Assembly: GCA_964016885.1 (NCBI GenBank)
Contig: OZ024765.1
Location: forward strand, 8,990,001-9,054,000
Direction of reading: 5' to 3'
Length of the DNA: 64,000 bases
From: Eledone cirrhosa
Taxonomy: Eukaryota
Shown: in pieces, positions 11,836 to 25,719 of the stretch
Numbering within the stretch: position 1 is the stretch's first letter
Layout of the letters: each line of letters opens with the position of its first letter
Notes under the pieces: model-generated
Told to the model about the DNA's origin: nothing
Seen by the model: only the letters and a program-made list of their open reading frames with translations
The model's database searches: none
Translations under genes and position numbers: made by a program

Positions 11836-14290
11836 CTACGCAACGTCGCAGTATCAAATCGCTCTAGGTTGGGCAGCTTTCAACAAGAACAAGGAAGTAC
11901 TAACATCAAAACAAGATTCCTATCATATGAAGGCTAAGATCTTTGATACTTACACCCTACCAGTTGTGTTATATGGTCTTGACTATGTTAATTGGACGAC
12001 AAGGTCACTTCAGAAGCTCTCTACATTCCAGAAGCACATCATGAGACTTATGACTGGCAAGCGGCTCAGCAACCGTATCTGTATCAGTGAGCTGCTCAAC
12101 ATTACCAAACTTAGACCAATTACATCAATTGTCAAGTCAAGAGTACTCGAACTATATGGCCATATAAAAAGATCAACTCGTGGTGTGAGTAGGTTATGCC
12201 TGGAAGGAAGGTTGGCTGGTAAGAGAGCAGGGGTCGGCAGCCAAAACTATGGCTTGATAATGTCAACCTATGCACTGGACTTGATCTTTGCTCTTTAAAA
12301 TCTGCTGTTGGTGATCGAAAGGTATTATATATTCCTGGAAGGAAGGTTGGCTGGTAAGAGAAGCAGAGGCTGGCAGCCAAAACAATGGCTTGATAATGTC
12401 AACCTATGGACTGGACTTGATCTTTGCTCTTTAAAATCTGCTGTTGGTGATCGAAACGTATTATATATTCCTGGAAGAAAGGTTGGCTGGTAAGAGAAGC
12501 AGAGGCTGGTAGCCAAAACAATAGCTTGATAATGTCAACTTATGGACTGGACTTGATCTTTGCTCTTTAAAATCTGCTGTTGGTGATCGAAAGGTATTAT
12601 ATATTCCTGGAAGAAAGGTTGGCTGGTAAGAGAAGCAGAGGCTGGTAGCCAAAACTATGGCTTGATAATGTCAACCTATGGACTGGACTTGATCTTTGCT
12701 CTTTAAAATCTGCTGTTGGTGATCGAAAGGTATTATATATTCCTGGAAGAAAGGTTGGCTGGTAAGAGAAGCAGAGGCTGGTAGCCAAAACTATGGCTTG
12801 ATAATGTCAACCTATGGACTGGACTTGATCTTTGCTCTTTAAAATCTGCTGTTGGTGATCGAAAGGTATTATATATTCCTGGAAGAAAGGTTGGCTGGTA
12901 AGAGAAGCAGAGGCCGGCAGCCAAAACTATGGCTTGATAATGTCAACTTATGGACTGGACTTGATCTTTGCTCTTTAAACTCTGCTGTTGGTGATCGAAA
13001 GGTATTATATATTCCTGGAAGAAAGGTTGGCTGGTAAGAGAAGCAGAGGCTGGTAGCCAAAACTATGGCTTGATAATGTCAACCTATGGACTGGACTTGA
13101 TCTTTGCTCTTTAAAATCTGCTGTTGGTGATCGAAACGTATTATATATTCCTGGAAGAAAGGTTGGCTGGTAAGAGAAGCAGAGGCTGGTAGCCAAAACA
13201 ATAGCTTGATAATGTCAACTTATGGACTGGACTTGATCTTTGCTCTTTAAAATCTGCTGTTGGTGATCGAAAGGTATTATATATTCCTGGAAGAAAGGTT
13301 GGCTGGTAAGAGAAGCAGAGGCTGGTAGCCAAAACTATGGCTTGATAATGTCAACCTATGGACTGGACTTGATCTTTGCTCTTTAAAATCTGCTGTTGGT
13401 GATCGAAAGGTATTATATATTCCTGGAAGAAAGGTTGGCTGGTAAGAGAAGCAGAGGCTGGTAGCCAAAACTATGGCTTGATAATGTCAACCTATGGACT
13501 GGACTTGATCTTTGCTCTTTAAAATCTGCTGTTGGTGATCGAAAGGTATTATATATTCCTGGAAGAAAGGTTGGCTGGTAAGAGAAGCAGAGGCCGGCAG
13601 CCAAAACTATGGCTTGATAATGTCAACTTATGGACTGGACTTGATCTTTGCTCTTTAAACTCTGCTGTTGGTGATCGAAAGGTATTATATATTCCTGGAA
13701 GGAAGGTTGGCTGGTAAGAGAAGCAGAGGCTGGCAGCCAAAACAATGGCTTGATAATGTCAACCTATGGACTGGACTTGATCTTTGCTCTTTAAAATCTG
13801 CTGTTGGTGATCGAAACGTATTATATATTCCTGGAAGAAAGGTTGGCTGGTAAGAGAAGCAGAGGCTGGCAGCCAAAACTATGGCTTGATAATGTCAACC
13901 TATGGACTGGACTTGATCTTTGCTCTTTAAAATCTGCTGTTGGTGATCGAAAGGTATTATATATTCCTGGAAGGAAGGTTGGCTGGTAAGAGAAGCAGAG
14001 GCTGGTAGCCAAAACAATAGCTTGATAATGTCAACTTATGGACTGGACTTGATCTTTGCTCTTTAAAATCTGCTGTTGGTGATCGAAAGGTATTATATAT
14101 TCCTGGAAGAAAGGTTGGCTGGTAAGAGAAGCAGAGGCCGGCAGCCAAAACTATGGCTTGATAATGTCAACTTATGGACTGGACTTGATCTTTGCTCTTT
14201 AAACTCTGCTGCTGGTGATCGAACTTTGTGAAGAGAGATATCTCATGTTGATGTGCAGTCTGCAGACTGATGGAGTTTAGTGTCACAGAC
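11836..14290 (+). mobile_element. RTE-clade LINE 3' fragment whose C-terminal coding segment is tandemly amplified
   Basis: IALGWAAFNK...KIFDTYTLPVVLYGLD..W...LYGHIKR...LEGRLAGKRSRGRQPKLWLDNV. Confidence 0.88.
12200..14222 (+). repeat. 136-bp LINE-derived tandem array with 680-bp higher-order period
   Basis: About 15 copies; the variant gaaacgta recurs at ~12453, ~13133 and ~13813. Confidence 0.95.
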
Positions 14291-14294
14291 ATGC

Positions 14295-14640
14295 GTTTTG
14301 TAAAGCTTTTTTACAATTTGTTGGTCACCAGGTCCGAACACAGAGGAGCCGAACTCCCACTGTCATCACCTCCACCTCTCCATCCTTTCATTATGAGCAA
14401 ATGGGGTCCCACGTGCTGGTCGCCCCACAGCCCCGGCAGACAGAATGGAGAAGGCGTTTCCCCGGAGAATGGTAAGGGAGATGCGCTGGAAGAGCCATTC
14501 CATCTCACAAGGCTGACACTTGCGGCTAGCCAGCTCAGCATCTATGGTGATAAGTAGGGAGGTAGCCCTAGGGCCATGGACACCAGAAGTCTCCACTGCT
14601 ACAGGTAGCCAGCTCAGCACCAATGGTAGTGAGGTAGCCC
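14295..14640 (-). mobile_element. CRE-like (restriction-like endonuclease) non-LTR retrotransposon 3' end
   Basis: PVAVETSGVHGP...WLFQRISLTILRGNAFSIL, matching the RLE C-terminal signature (P.AVET.G..G...FQR.S....RGNA). Confidence 0.8.
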
Positions 14641-14653
14641 GAGTGCCCCAGTA

Positions 14654-15864
14654 TCTTTCATTAGCAATATGGTAATGAAAGGGTTAATGACATAGACTGT
14701 GTCTTTCATTAGAAATATGGTAATGAAAAGGTTAATGACATAGACAGTGTCTTTCATTAGAAATATGGTAATGAAAGGGTTAATGACATAGACTGTGTCT
14801 TTCATTAGAAATATGGTAATGAAAAGGTTAATGACATAGACAGTGTCTTTCATTAGATATATGGTAATGAAAGGGTTAATGACATAGTGTCTTTCATTAG
14901 AAATATGGTAATGAAAGGGTTAATGACATAGACAGTGTCTTTCATTAGAAATATGGTAATGAAAGGGTTAATGACATAGGCAGTGTCTTTCATTAGATAT
15001 ATGGTAATGAAAGGGTTAATGACATAGTGTCTTTCATTAGAAATATCGTAATGAAAGGGTTAATGACATAGACAGTGTCTTTCATTAGAAATATGGTAAT
15101 GAAAGGGTTAAAGACATAGACAGTGTCTTTCATTAGAAATATGGAAATGAAAGGGTTAAAGATATAGACAGTGTCTTTCATTAGAAATATGGTAATGAAA
15201 GGGTTAAAGACATAGACAGTGTCTTTCATTAGAAATATGGTAATGAAAGGGTTAATGACATAGACAGTGTCTTTCATTAGATATATGGTAATGAAAGGGT
15301 TAATGACATAGTGTCTTTCATTAGAAATATCGTAATGAAAGGGTTAATGACATAGACTGTGTCTTTCATTAGAAATATGGTAATGAAAGGGTTAATGACA
15401 TAGACTGTGTCTTTCATTAGAAATATCGTAATGAAAGGGTTAAAGACACAGACAGTGTCTTTCATTAGAAATATGGTAACGAAAGGGTTAAAGACATAGA
15501 CTGTGTCTTTCATTAGAAATATGGTAATGAAAGGGTTAAAGACACAGACAGTGTCTTTCATTAGAAATATGGTAATGAAAGGGTTAATGACATAGACAGT
15601 GTCTTTCATTAGAAATATGGTAATGAAAGGGTTAATGACATAGGCAGTGTCTTTCATTAGAAATATGGTAATGAAAGGGTTAATGACATAGGCAGTGTCT
15701 TTCATTAGATATATGGTAATGAAAGGGTTAATGACATAGTGTCTTTCATTAGAAATATCGTAATGAAAGGGTTAATGACATAGGCAGTGTCTTTCATTAG
15801 AAATATGGTAATGAAAGGGTTAATGACATAGGCAGTGTCTTTCATTAGAAATATGGTAATGAAA
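14654..15864. repeat. 48-bp minisatellite with internal inverted repeat
   Basis: gtCTTTCATTAgaaatatggTAATGAAAGggttaatgacatagacagt, about 25 copies, some 44-bp variants. Confidence 0.95.
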
Positions 15865-16901
15865 TGTCTGCCCCCCCCCCCCTCTCCATTTTCATCCTGG
15901 GCTTATTGCATCAATGACCCAGAATTTGAGGAATTTTTACCTGACATCACATGACCTGACCTGGTTTACTTTAAGACTGACATTCCCTGGGAAAAAACAC
16001 AAAAAACTCATCTTGCTTGGACAGGTTTTAAAAGCTATCTTGCTTTCCTGATGAGGACTGTGGTGTTGGGGTAGTGGTGGTGGTGTTGGTGTGTATAGTG
16101 GTTGTGGTGATGGTGTAGTGGTGTGTGGTATGGTGGTGGTATAGTGGTGGTATGGTCGAAGTATGGTATGGTGGTGAAATAGTGGTGGTATGGTGGTGAT
16201 ATAGTGGTGGTATGGTGGTGGTATGGTGGTGATATAGTGGTGGTATGGTCGTGGCAATATGTCCAGTGGTATGGTAGTGGTATGGTAGTGGACAAAGGAA
16301 CTCCTGGGAGCTCTTAAGAGCTCTTGGAGTCAATGGCCATCCAAAACCAGCACGGCCCGCCGAAAGGCGCTGCAGTGCCGGAAAAGTCAACTTCCTGCTA
16401 CTAGTATGCTGGTAAGCTAGTACAACGTATCTCCAGACGGATAGAGTGGGTCCGTAGCTTTGGTTAGCGACTACTCTAGTGCTTGCAACACAAACAATTA
16501 GGGCAAGGGTATAAATGCCAGGTTGGTATCTGGCGCCGGGTAACCCACCACACGGAGGAGAAAGCACCTTCTTCAAGACTTGGCTGTCAAATTCTTTCTC
16601 ATGTGTGTAGTAGTGGCGCCCACACACATTATTAGCTATTTGAAAAGATGATGGATTTCACAATTAACTGCACCAGGGTTCCTGTTCCTCAGGGAACCGC
16701 ACTATATGGGGGACAGGGAGTTCTGGGGCATGAGAGTGAGATCCATCATCTCGACAGTAGTCGAAGAATGATGATGATGATGGTAGTGGTATGAAAAAGT
16801 GACTATTTCCTATTAACCTGTTTGATGTCAGTTAAGATTTTTACTTAGCCCAACCTTTTCCTCTCTCTCTCTCTCTCTCTCTCCCTCTCTCTATATATAT
16901 A

Positions 16902-17372
16902 TCATCATCATCATCATCATCATCATTTTATGTCCGCTTTTCCCTGCTTGCAAGGGTGGGACGGGTCTTATTCAGCACAGCATCTCTCCACTCGTCACGG
17001 TCCCTCGTCATCTCCACCGTGAGCTTCAATGATCTGAGGTCTGTTCTCACCACCTCCGCCCATGTTTTTCGTGGTCTACCTCTACCACGTCTTCCTTCAA
17101 CTGGCAATTCCTGGCACTTCTTCACCCATCGGTCATCCTCCATGCGCATCACATGTCCATACCACCTCAGTCTCCTCTCCCGTACACTACATTCTATCCC
17201 TCTCAGACACAGTTTCTCTCTCAACACATTTATGCTGGGTCGTTCACGCACATTTACACTGCACATCCAACGGAGCATGCTTGCCTCATTTCTCTCCAGC
17301 CGTCGCATATCCTCTGCAGTTGCTGCCCATGTCTCACTCCCATGCAGCATCGCACTCCTCACACAGGCATCA
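16902..17372 (-). mobile_element. RTE-clade LINE, 5'-truncated, intact reading frame
   Basis: [17 protein letters not shown]...[21 protein letters not shown]...GRPRKTW...SREKRT* followed by (GAT)n. Confidence 0.93.
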
Positions 17373-17402
17373 TATATATATATATATATATACATATACA
17401 CT

Positions 17403-17447
<45 letters not shown>

Positions 17448-17571
17448 TCACACACACACATATATATATACACTCACACACACACACACATATATATACA
17501 CACTCACACACACATATATATATATATATACACCCACATTTATATATATATATATATACACTCACACACAC

Positions 17572-17623
<52 letters not shown>

Positions 17624-17789
17624 CAATAAACAACAAAACCCAGGAGGCAATTATACACTGCTATATTAGGTTTACACTTGGTTGAAGTGGAGGATGTTTC
17701 AATGTTTTGGACATAAGTCCTTTATCAGGGAAAGTTTGGATACGGAAACAAGAACTCTGAGAAGGAGTAAGAAGGGTTTTAAGGAGGGA

Positions 17790-18568
17790 CGTCAACTTAT
17801 GGACTGGACTTGATCTTTGCCCTATAAACTCTGCTGTTGATGATCGAAAGGTATTATATATTCCTGAGTTCAAATCCCGCCGAGGTTGACTTTGCCTTTC
17901 ATCCTTACGGGGTCGATAAAATAAAGTACCAGTAATGTACTGGGTAATTTCTGGCCTTGTGCCAATAGTAGAAACAATTATATATTCCTGGAAGGAAGGT
18001 TGGCTGGTAAGAGAAGCAGAGGCCGGCAGCCAAAACGATGGCTTGATAATGTCAACTTCTGGACTGGACTTGATCTTTGCTCTATAAACTCTGCTGGTGG
18101 TGATCAAAAGGTATTATATATTCCTGGAAGGAAGGTTGGCTGGTAAGAGAAGCAGAGGCTGGTAGCCAAAACTATGGCTTGATAATGTCAACATATGGAC
18201 TGGACTTGATCTTTGCTCTATAAACTCTGATGTTGGTGATCGAAAGGTATTATATATTCCTGGGTGGTGGATTGGCAGTATCGGTAGAGGGTCGGACGCC
18301 ATAGTTACGTCCCTTTACGGTCTGAGTTCAAATCCCGTTGAGGTTAACTTTGCTGTTCATCCTTACGGGGTCGATAAAATAAAGTACCAGTAATACACTG
18401 GTTAATTGCTGGCCTTGTGCCTAAAGTAGAAACAATTATATATTCCTGGATTTGAACTCAGATTACAGGCCTTTATGATCTGAGTTCAGCCTCACGAGGG
18501 TCGATATAATAAAGTACCAGTAATACACTGGGGTAATTGCTGGCCTTGTGCCAAAAAGTAGAAACAAT
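17790..18568 (+). mobile_element. Mosaic of RTE 136-bp units and SINE B fragments
   Basis: Alternating pieces joined at attatatattcctg. Confidence 0.85.
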
Positions 18569-18988
18569 TATATATATGTGTATGTGTGATATATATACAG
18601 TATGTGTGTGATACATATATAGAGAGTGTATATATCATACAGCATGTGTTGATATATATATATAGTGTATGTGTGTGTGTGATATATATATATAGTGTGT
18701 GTGTGTGATATATATATATAGTGTGTGTGTGTGATATATATATATAGTGTGTGTGTGTGATATATATATAGTGTGTGTGTGTGATATATATATAGTGTGT
18801 GTGTGTGTGTGATATATATATAGTGTGAGTGTGAGATGTATATATCTATATAGTGTATGTGTGTGTGTGATATATATATATATATATATAGTGTGTGTGA
18901 TATATATATATATATATATATAGTGTGTGATATATATATATATATACATAGTGTGTGTGTGATATATATATCTATATAGTGTGTGTGT

Positions 18989-19041
<53 letters not shown>

Positions 19042-19404
19042 TGTGTGTGATATAAATATATATATAGTGTATGTGTCATACCATGTGTGTGTGTGTGATA
19101 TACATATAGTGTGTGTGTGTGTGATATACATATAGTGTGTGTGTGTGTGATATATATATAGTGTATGTGTGTGATATATATATATAGTATATGTGTCATA
19201 CCGTGTGTGTGTGTGTGTGATATACATATAGTGTGTGTGTGTATGTGATCTGTTTAAATATGTGAGATGTTGTCGCAGTGTAAATAACTACAATAATAGT
19301 TGAGAAATGATGTCAATTACTTCTGGAAACAGGAAACTGTAGGTATTGACATCTCCACAAGTGTTTCTAACGGATTTCCTTGGCTCTTATTTATAGAACT
19401 GGCT

Positions 19405-19817
19405 CTTCTCACACATATATATACACATATATATACACATATATACACACAAACATCTTGACATATATATATATATCTATATAGCACTGCCTCTTCTCAC
19501 ACATATATATACACATATATACACACATATATACACACATATATACACATATATATACACATATATACACACAAACATCTTGACATATATCTATATATCT
19601 ATATAGCACTGCCTCGTCTAACACATATATATATATCTTGATATATACACACACATACATCTTAACATATATATATATATATAGCACTGCTTCATCTATA
19701 CATATATATCTTGATATATACACACACATACATCTTAACATATATATATATATATATAGCACTGCTTCATCTAACACATACATATATATCTTGATATATA
19801 CACACACATACATCTTA

Positions 19818-19855
<38 letters not shown>

Positions 19856-19969
19856 CGAAGGAAATGTGGTAAGGAACCAGGTGGACCATAACGCACCAAA
19901 GTACTCAATACTTGAGGTAGAATTAGCCGTCGAAACGGCTTGAGCTCAGCTGTCGGGGTCTTACTGGTT

Positions 19970-20004
<35 letters not shown>

Positions 20005-20617
20005 CACTGCTTCATCTAACACATACATATATATCTTGATATATACACACACATACATCTTAACATATATATATATATAGCACTGCCTCGTCTAACACAT
20101 ACATATATATCTTGATATATACACACACATACATCTTAACATATATATATATATAGCACTGCTTCATCTAACACGTACATATATATCTTGATATATACAC
20201 ACACAGACATCTTAACATATATATATATATATATATACCACTGCCTCGTTTAACACATACATATATATCTTGATATATACACACACATACATCTTAACAC
20301 ATATATATATATATATAGCACTGCTTCATCTAACACATACATATATATCTTGATATATACACACACATACATCTTAATATATATATATATATATATAGCA
20401 CTGCCTCGTCTAACACATACATATATATCTTGATATATACACACACATACATCTTAACATATATATATATATATATAGCACTGCTTCATCTAACACATAC
20501 ATATATATCTTGATATATACACACACATACATCTTAACATATATATATATATATATATAGCACTGCTTCATCTAACACATACATATATATCTTGATATAT
20601 ACACACACATACATCTT

Positions 20618-20656
<39 letters not shown>

Positions 20657-21869
20657 CACTGCTTCATCTAACACATACATATATATCTTGATATATACAC
20701 ACACATGCATCTTAACATATATATATATATATATAGTACTGCTTCATCTAACACATACATATATATCTTGATATATACACACACATACATCTTAACATAT
20801 ATATATATATAGCACTGCTTCATCTAACACATACATATATATCTTGATATATACACACACATACATCTTAACATATATATATATATATATAGCACTGCTT
20901 CATCTAACACATACATATATATCTTGATATATACACACACATACATCTTAACATATATATATATATATATAGCACTGCCTCGTCTAAAACATACATATAT
21001 ATCTTGATATATACACACACATACATCTTAACATATATATATATATATATATAGCACTGCTTCATCTAACACATACATATATATCTTGATATATACACAC
21101 ACATACATCTTAATATATATATATATATAGCACTGCTTCATCTAACACATACATATATATCTTGATATATACACACACATACATCTTAATATATATATAT
21201 ATATAGCACTGCCTCGTCTAACACATACAGATATATCTTGATATATACACACACATACATCTTAACATATATATATATATATAGCACTGCTTCATCTAAC
21301 ACATACATATATATCTTGATATATACACACACATACATCTTAACATATATATATATAGCACTGCCTCGTCTAAAACATACATATATATCTTGATATATAC
21401 ACACACATACATCTTAACATATATATATATATATAGCACTGCTTGATCTAACACATACATACATATCTTGATATATACACACACATATATCTTAACATAT
21501 ATATATAGCACTGTTTCATCTAACACATACATATATATCTTGATATATACACACACATACATCTTAACATATATATATATATAGCACTGCCTCGTCTAAC
21601 ACATACATATATATCTTGATATATACACACACATACATCTTAACATATATATATATATAGCACTGCTTCATCTAACACATACATATATATCTTGATATAT
21701 ACACACACATACATCTTAACATATATATATATATATAGCACTGCTTCATCTAACACATACATATATATCTTGATATATACACACACATACATCTTAACAT
21801 ATATATATATACCACTGCCTCGTCTAAAACATACATATATATCTTGATATATACACACACATACATCTT

Positions 21870-21904
<35 letters not shown>

Positions 21905-21961
21905 CACTGCTTCATCTAACACATACATATATATCTTGATATATACACACACATACATCTT

Positions 21962-21998
<37 letters not shown>

Positions 21999-22070
21999 CA
22001 CTGCTTCATCTAACACATACATATATATCTTGATATATACACACACATACATCTTAACATGTATACACAC
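19405..22070. repeat. ~74-bp satellite with variable (TA)n
   Basis: gcactgcttcatctaacacatacatatatatcttgatatatacacacacatacatcttaaca(ta)n, about 30 copies. Confidence 0.95.
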
Positions 22071-22089
22071 ATATCTTAAAAAAATATCT

Positions 22090-22352
22090 TACAGCTGGAT
22101 GCCCTTCCTAACACCAACCTCATTTACAGTGAGTGCTGGGTGATTTTTTGCCGTGGCACCTCCACGACCACATTGCAGTGGAATGATTTTGGCCCCAGTC
22201 CCTATCATCTCATTTCTACAGCTGAGTAAACTGGAGCAATGTGAAATAAAGTGTCTTGCTCAAGGAAACAACACATCACCCGGTCTGAGAATTGAACTCA
22301 CAACCTTTCAATTGCAAGGCCAATACTCTAACCACTAAGCCATGTGCCTTCA
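22090..22352 (-). mobile_element. SINE family C, 3'-truncated
   Basis: Matches the reverse complement of 8670-9006. Confidence 0.88.
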
Positions 22353-23175
22353 TAAATCTGTTCCCAACCAGACCTATTGTATTAAATCTTTGTTGGTTTT
22401 TTTCAATAAACAAATATCATTATTTCTGAAGACAGCATATATATATGTGTAGGTATGTATATTCCTTCTGATAGTTTGTAAAAATTTTACATAGATCTAT
22501 AGAATATGCACACCAACACACACATATATATTCTAGAAACGATCGTAAAATGATGAATTTTTTAATATAAGGAACTGTTTCTTTGTTTATTCGTTATTTT
22601 TATTAATTTATCTTGACTCTGTTTTCCTGTATTTTTCATCGAAAAAAATTTTTGAATACATCTTCTCTTTTCATGATATTCGGATTACATTGAGTTCTTC
22701 ATACGGATTGGACACTACCGTATGTTTTGGTAGATTTATCTACATATATATATTATATAGTAGAATAATCGAGTATCGAAAAATCGGCTCACGAGTTTAC
22801 GATAAACAAATTCGACATGAGTGGCAGAGGGCTCAATAATTCAGATAAATCAGAGCTATAACTATCGTTAAAATACCAACACACAAAGATTATGTCTAAA
22901 ATCACCCATGCGACCGAAAAATTACAATCAGGAAGATTCGGGTCACTCAGATAAAATATCAATAAATCAATAAATCATATGAATGTAAAAAGCATACCCG
23001 GACCCACTAGAAAGATGGTAAATCTAGCTTCTTGGGTTTCTGTAATTCCTTAATCCGCCCCCTATCAGCCCACATAAAAATATATAAGACTTCTTGATAT
23101 ATATATTATATATATATATTATATTATATATATATTATATATATATTATATATATATATATATATTATATATATA

Positions 23176-23246
<71 letters not shown>

Positions 23247-23451
23247 GTATATTTAATTAGAAAGTAAACAACACAAAATATAACTCCTCCATTACTAAAG
23301 GTTTCTGGATCCCAGACAATATTAATTTGTCTGGATCGTTATATTTTGTGTTGTTCACTTTCTAATTAAATAGCTCTGTTCTATACATAGAGCACTCTTT
23401 TTTCCTTTGCTTTTCCTTCAGAATTACCTAACACGCACACACACACACGCG

Positions 23452-23483
<32 letters not shown>

Positions 23484-23510
23484 CACACACGCACAAATAT
23501 ATATATATAT

Positions 23511-24250
23511 AAGGTTTGGATGGAAAGTTCATAGGCTGGCTAAGATACTCTCATGGAATGACCAAATAAGGTTCATTTTTCAACATAGTCCCCCTTGCGG
23601 TTCCCACACTTCTTCCATCGCTGTTACTGTGCTTGGATCCCGTTGGTGAAGAAGCTTTCATCCTGTTGGTCAGGAAATCCATCAACAGCAGATACGATGT
23701 CATAATCTCTACGATACTGGACCCCAGTCAAGTGTTTTTTCATGTTTGGGGAGCAGATCATAGTCAGATGGCACCAAATTAGGAGAATACACAGGGAGGT
23801 AATCCAATTTAAAGCCACAGTTACACAAAGTAGTCACTTGAAACCAAGGAGCTACATCCTGATGAAACAAGACTCCATTTGTCAGTTTTCTGGGGCGTTT
23901 GATCTTGATAGCCTTTCGTAATTGCCTCAGCAACTTGGCAGAGTACTTGGCATTGATGGTGTGGCTTTTATCATGATAATAAACACAATGCCATGAGAAT
24001 AAACACCTTCCCTTCAAATGAAACAGCCTTGGCCTTCTTTGGAGCAAGTGAGGAGGGGTGTTTCCACTGCATGGATTGTCTCTGGCTCAAAGTGATTAAC
24101 CCAACAATCATCTTGGGTTAGGAAATGTTCAAGGAAACCAGCTGGATCTGCCTCAAACAATGTCAGATTTTCCTGTGATGTGGTAAGCTTGGTGTGCTTT
24201 TGATCAGGTCTCAGAAGACATAGCACCCACTGAGCAGAAACCTTTATCAC
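23511..24250 (-). mobile_element. Degenerate mariner (Tc1/mariner DD34D-type) transposon fragment
   Basis: Frameshifted KVSAQWV, FLTQDDCWV..FEPET, LFHQD.AP, YSPNLVPSDY.L.P and FFTNGI motifs; TIR-like end beside TA at ~23511. Confidence 0.88.
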
Positions 24251-25675
24251 AGAATCACTCCAGATAGACCTACGACTTCTCTGAATTGAGAGATCACAGC
24301 TTCGATACTATGGACATGGGGTGAGAATGTCTCAGGAAAGAATCTATGAATTGAGAGATCACAGCACTGATACTATAGACACGTGGTTAGAACATCTCAG
24401 GAAAGAATCACTGAATTGAGAGATCGCAGCTCTGATACTATGGACATGTGGTTAGAATGTCTTAGGAAAGAATCACTGGACAGATTATGTAGCTCGGAGA
24501 TCAGAGAGTCACTCCAGGTAGAGCTGCTATTTCTCTGAATTGAGAGGTCATAGCTCCGATACTATGGACATGGGGTTAGAATGTCTCAGGAAAGAATCAC
24601 TGGACAGATTATGTAGCTCGGAGATCAGAGAGTCACTCCAGGTAGAGCTGCTATTTCTCTGAATTGAGAGGTCATAGCTCCGATACTATGGACATGGGGT
24701 TAGAATGTCTCAGGAAAGAATCTCTGAATTGAGAGATCACAGCTCTGATACTATGGACATGTGGTTAGAATGTCTTAGGAAAGAATCACTGGACAGATTA
24801 TGTAGCTCGGAGATCAGAGAGTCACTCCAGGTAGAGCTGCTATTTCTCTGAATTGAGAGGTCATAGCTCCGATACTATGGACATGGGGTTAGAATGTCTC
24901 AGGAAAGAATCTCTGAATTGAGAGATCACAGCACTGATACTATGGACATGTGGTTAGAATGTCTTAGGAAAGAATCACTGGACAGATTATGTAGCTCGGA
25001 GATCAGAGAGTCACTCCAGGTAGAGCTGCTATTTCTCTGAATTGAGAGGTCATAGCTCCGATACTATGGACATGGGGTTAGAATGTCTCAGGAAAGAATC
25101 TCTGAATTGAGAGATCACAGCACTGATACTATGGACATGGGGTTAGAATGTCTTAGGAAAGAATCACTGGACAGATTATGTAGCTCGGAGATCAGAGAGT
25201 CACTCCAGGTAGAGCTGTTACTTCTCTGAATTGAGAGATCATAGCTCTGATACTATGGACATGTGGTTAGAATGTCTCAGGAAAGAATCACTGGACAGAT
25301 TTGTAGCTCGGAGATCAGAGAGTCACTCCAGGTAGAGCTGCTATTTCTCTGAATTGAGAGGTCATAACTCCGATACTATGGACATGGGGTTAGAATGTCT
25401 CAGGAAAGAATCTCTGAATTGAGAGATCACAGCTCTGATACTATGGACATGTGGTTAGAATGTTTCAGGAAAGAATCACTGGACATATTTTACAGGCAAA
25501 ACCAGCAGGGAGGAGATCCTGAGCAAGATGGTTGGATAAGATCCTTGAGCTTGACTTGTCTTACTTGGGGATCCAGCCAGATCAGTTAAGAAACGGTTGC
25601 TTCTGACAGGACCTGCTTGGAGGAGTATTTGAGGACTCTTCCTTCTCGACCCTCTCAGGAATAAGTGGGCAAAGA

Positions 25676-25680
<5 letters not shown>
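24251..25680 (+). mobile_element. RTE-clade LINE 3' end with compound 65/124-bp tandem amplification
   Basis: Units translate approximately as SSEIRESLQVELLFL.IERS.LRYYGH.VRMSQERI; the unique tail has KPAGRR..ARWLDKI..VASDR. Confidence 0.8.

Positions 25681-25718
<38 letters not shown>

Positions 25719-25719
<1 letters not shown>

Noticed and set aside
15942-15990. Minus-strand exon-like segment (ttttttcccag...cag|gtaaaa)
   Set aside because: Short, no recognisable peptide; such splice-like signals are expected by chance.
17690-17735. Minus-strand hammerhead relic
   Set aside because: Core mutated (CTGATAA, and AAAA for GAAA); not counted as a ribozyme.
22360-23090. Candidate integrin promoter or exon 1 (unique, relatively CpG-containing)
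   Set aside because: No signal peptide or FNLD/FGYS-like frame with a phase-2 donor was found.
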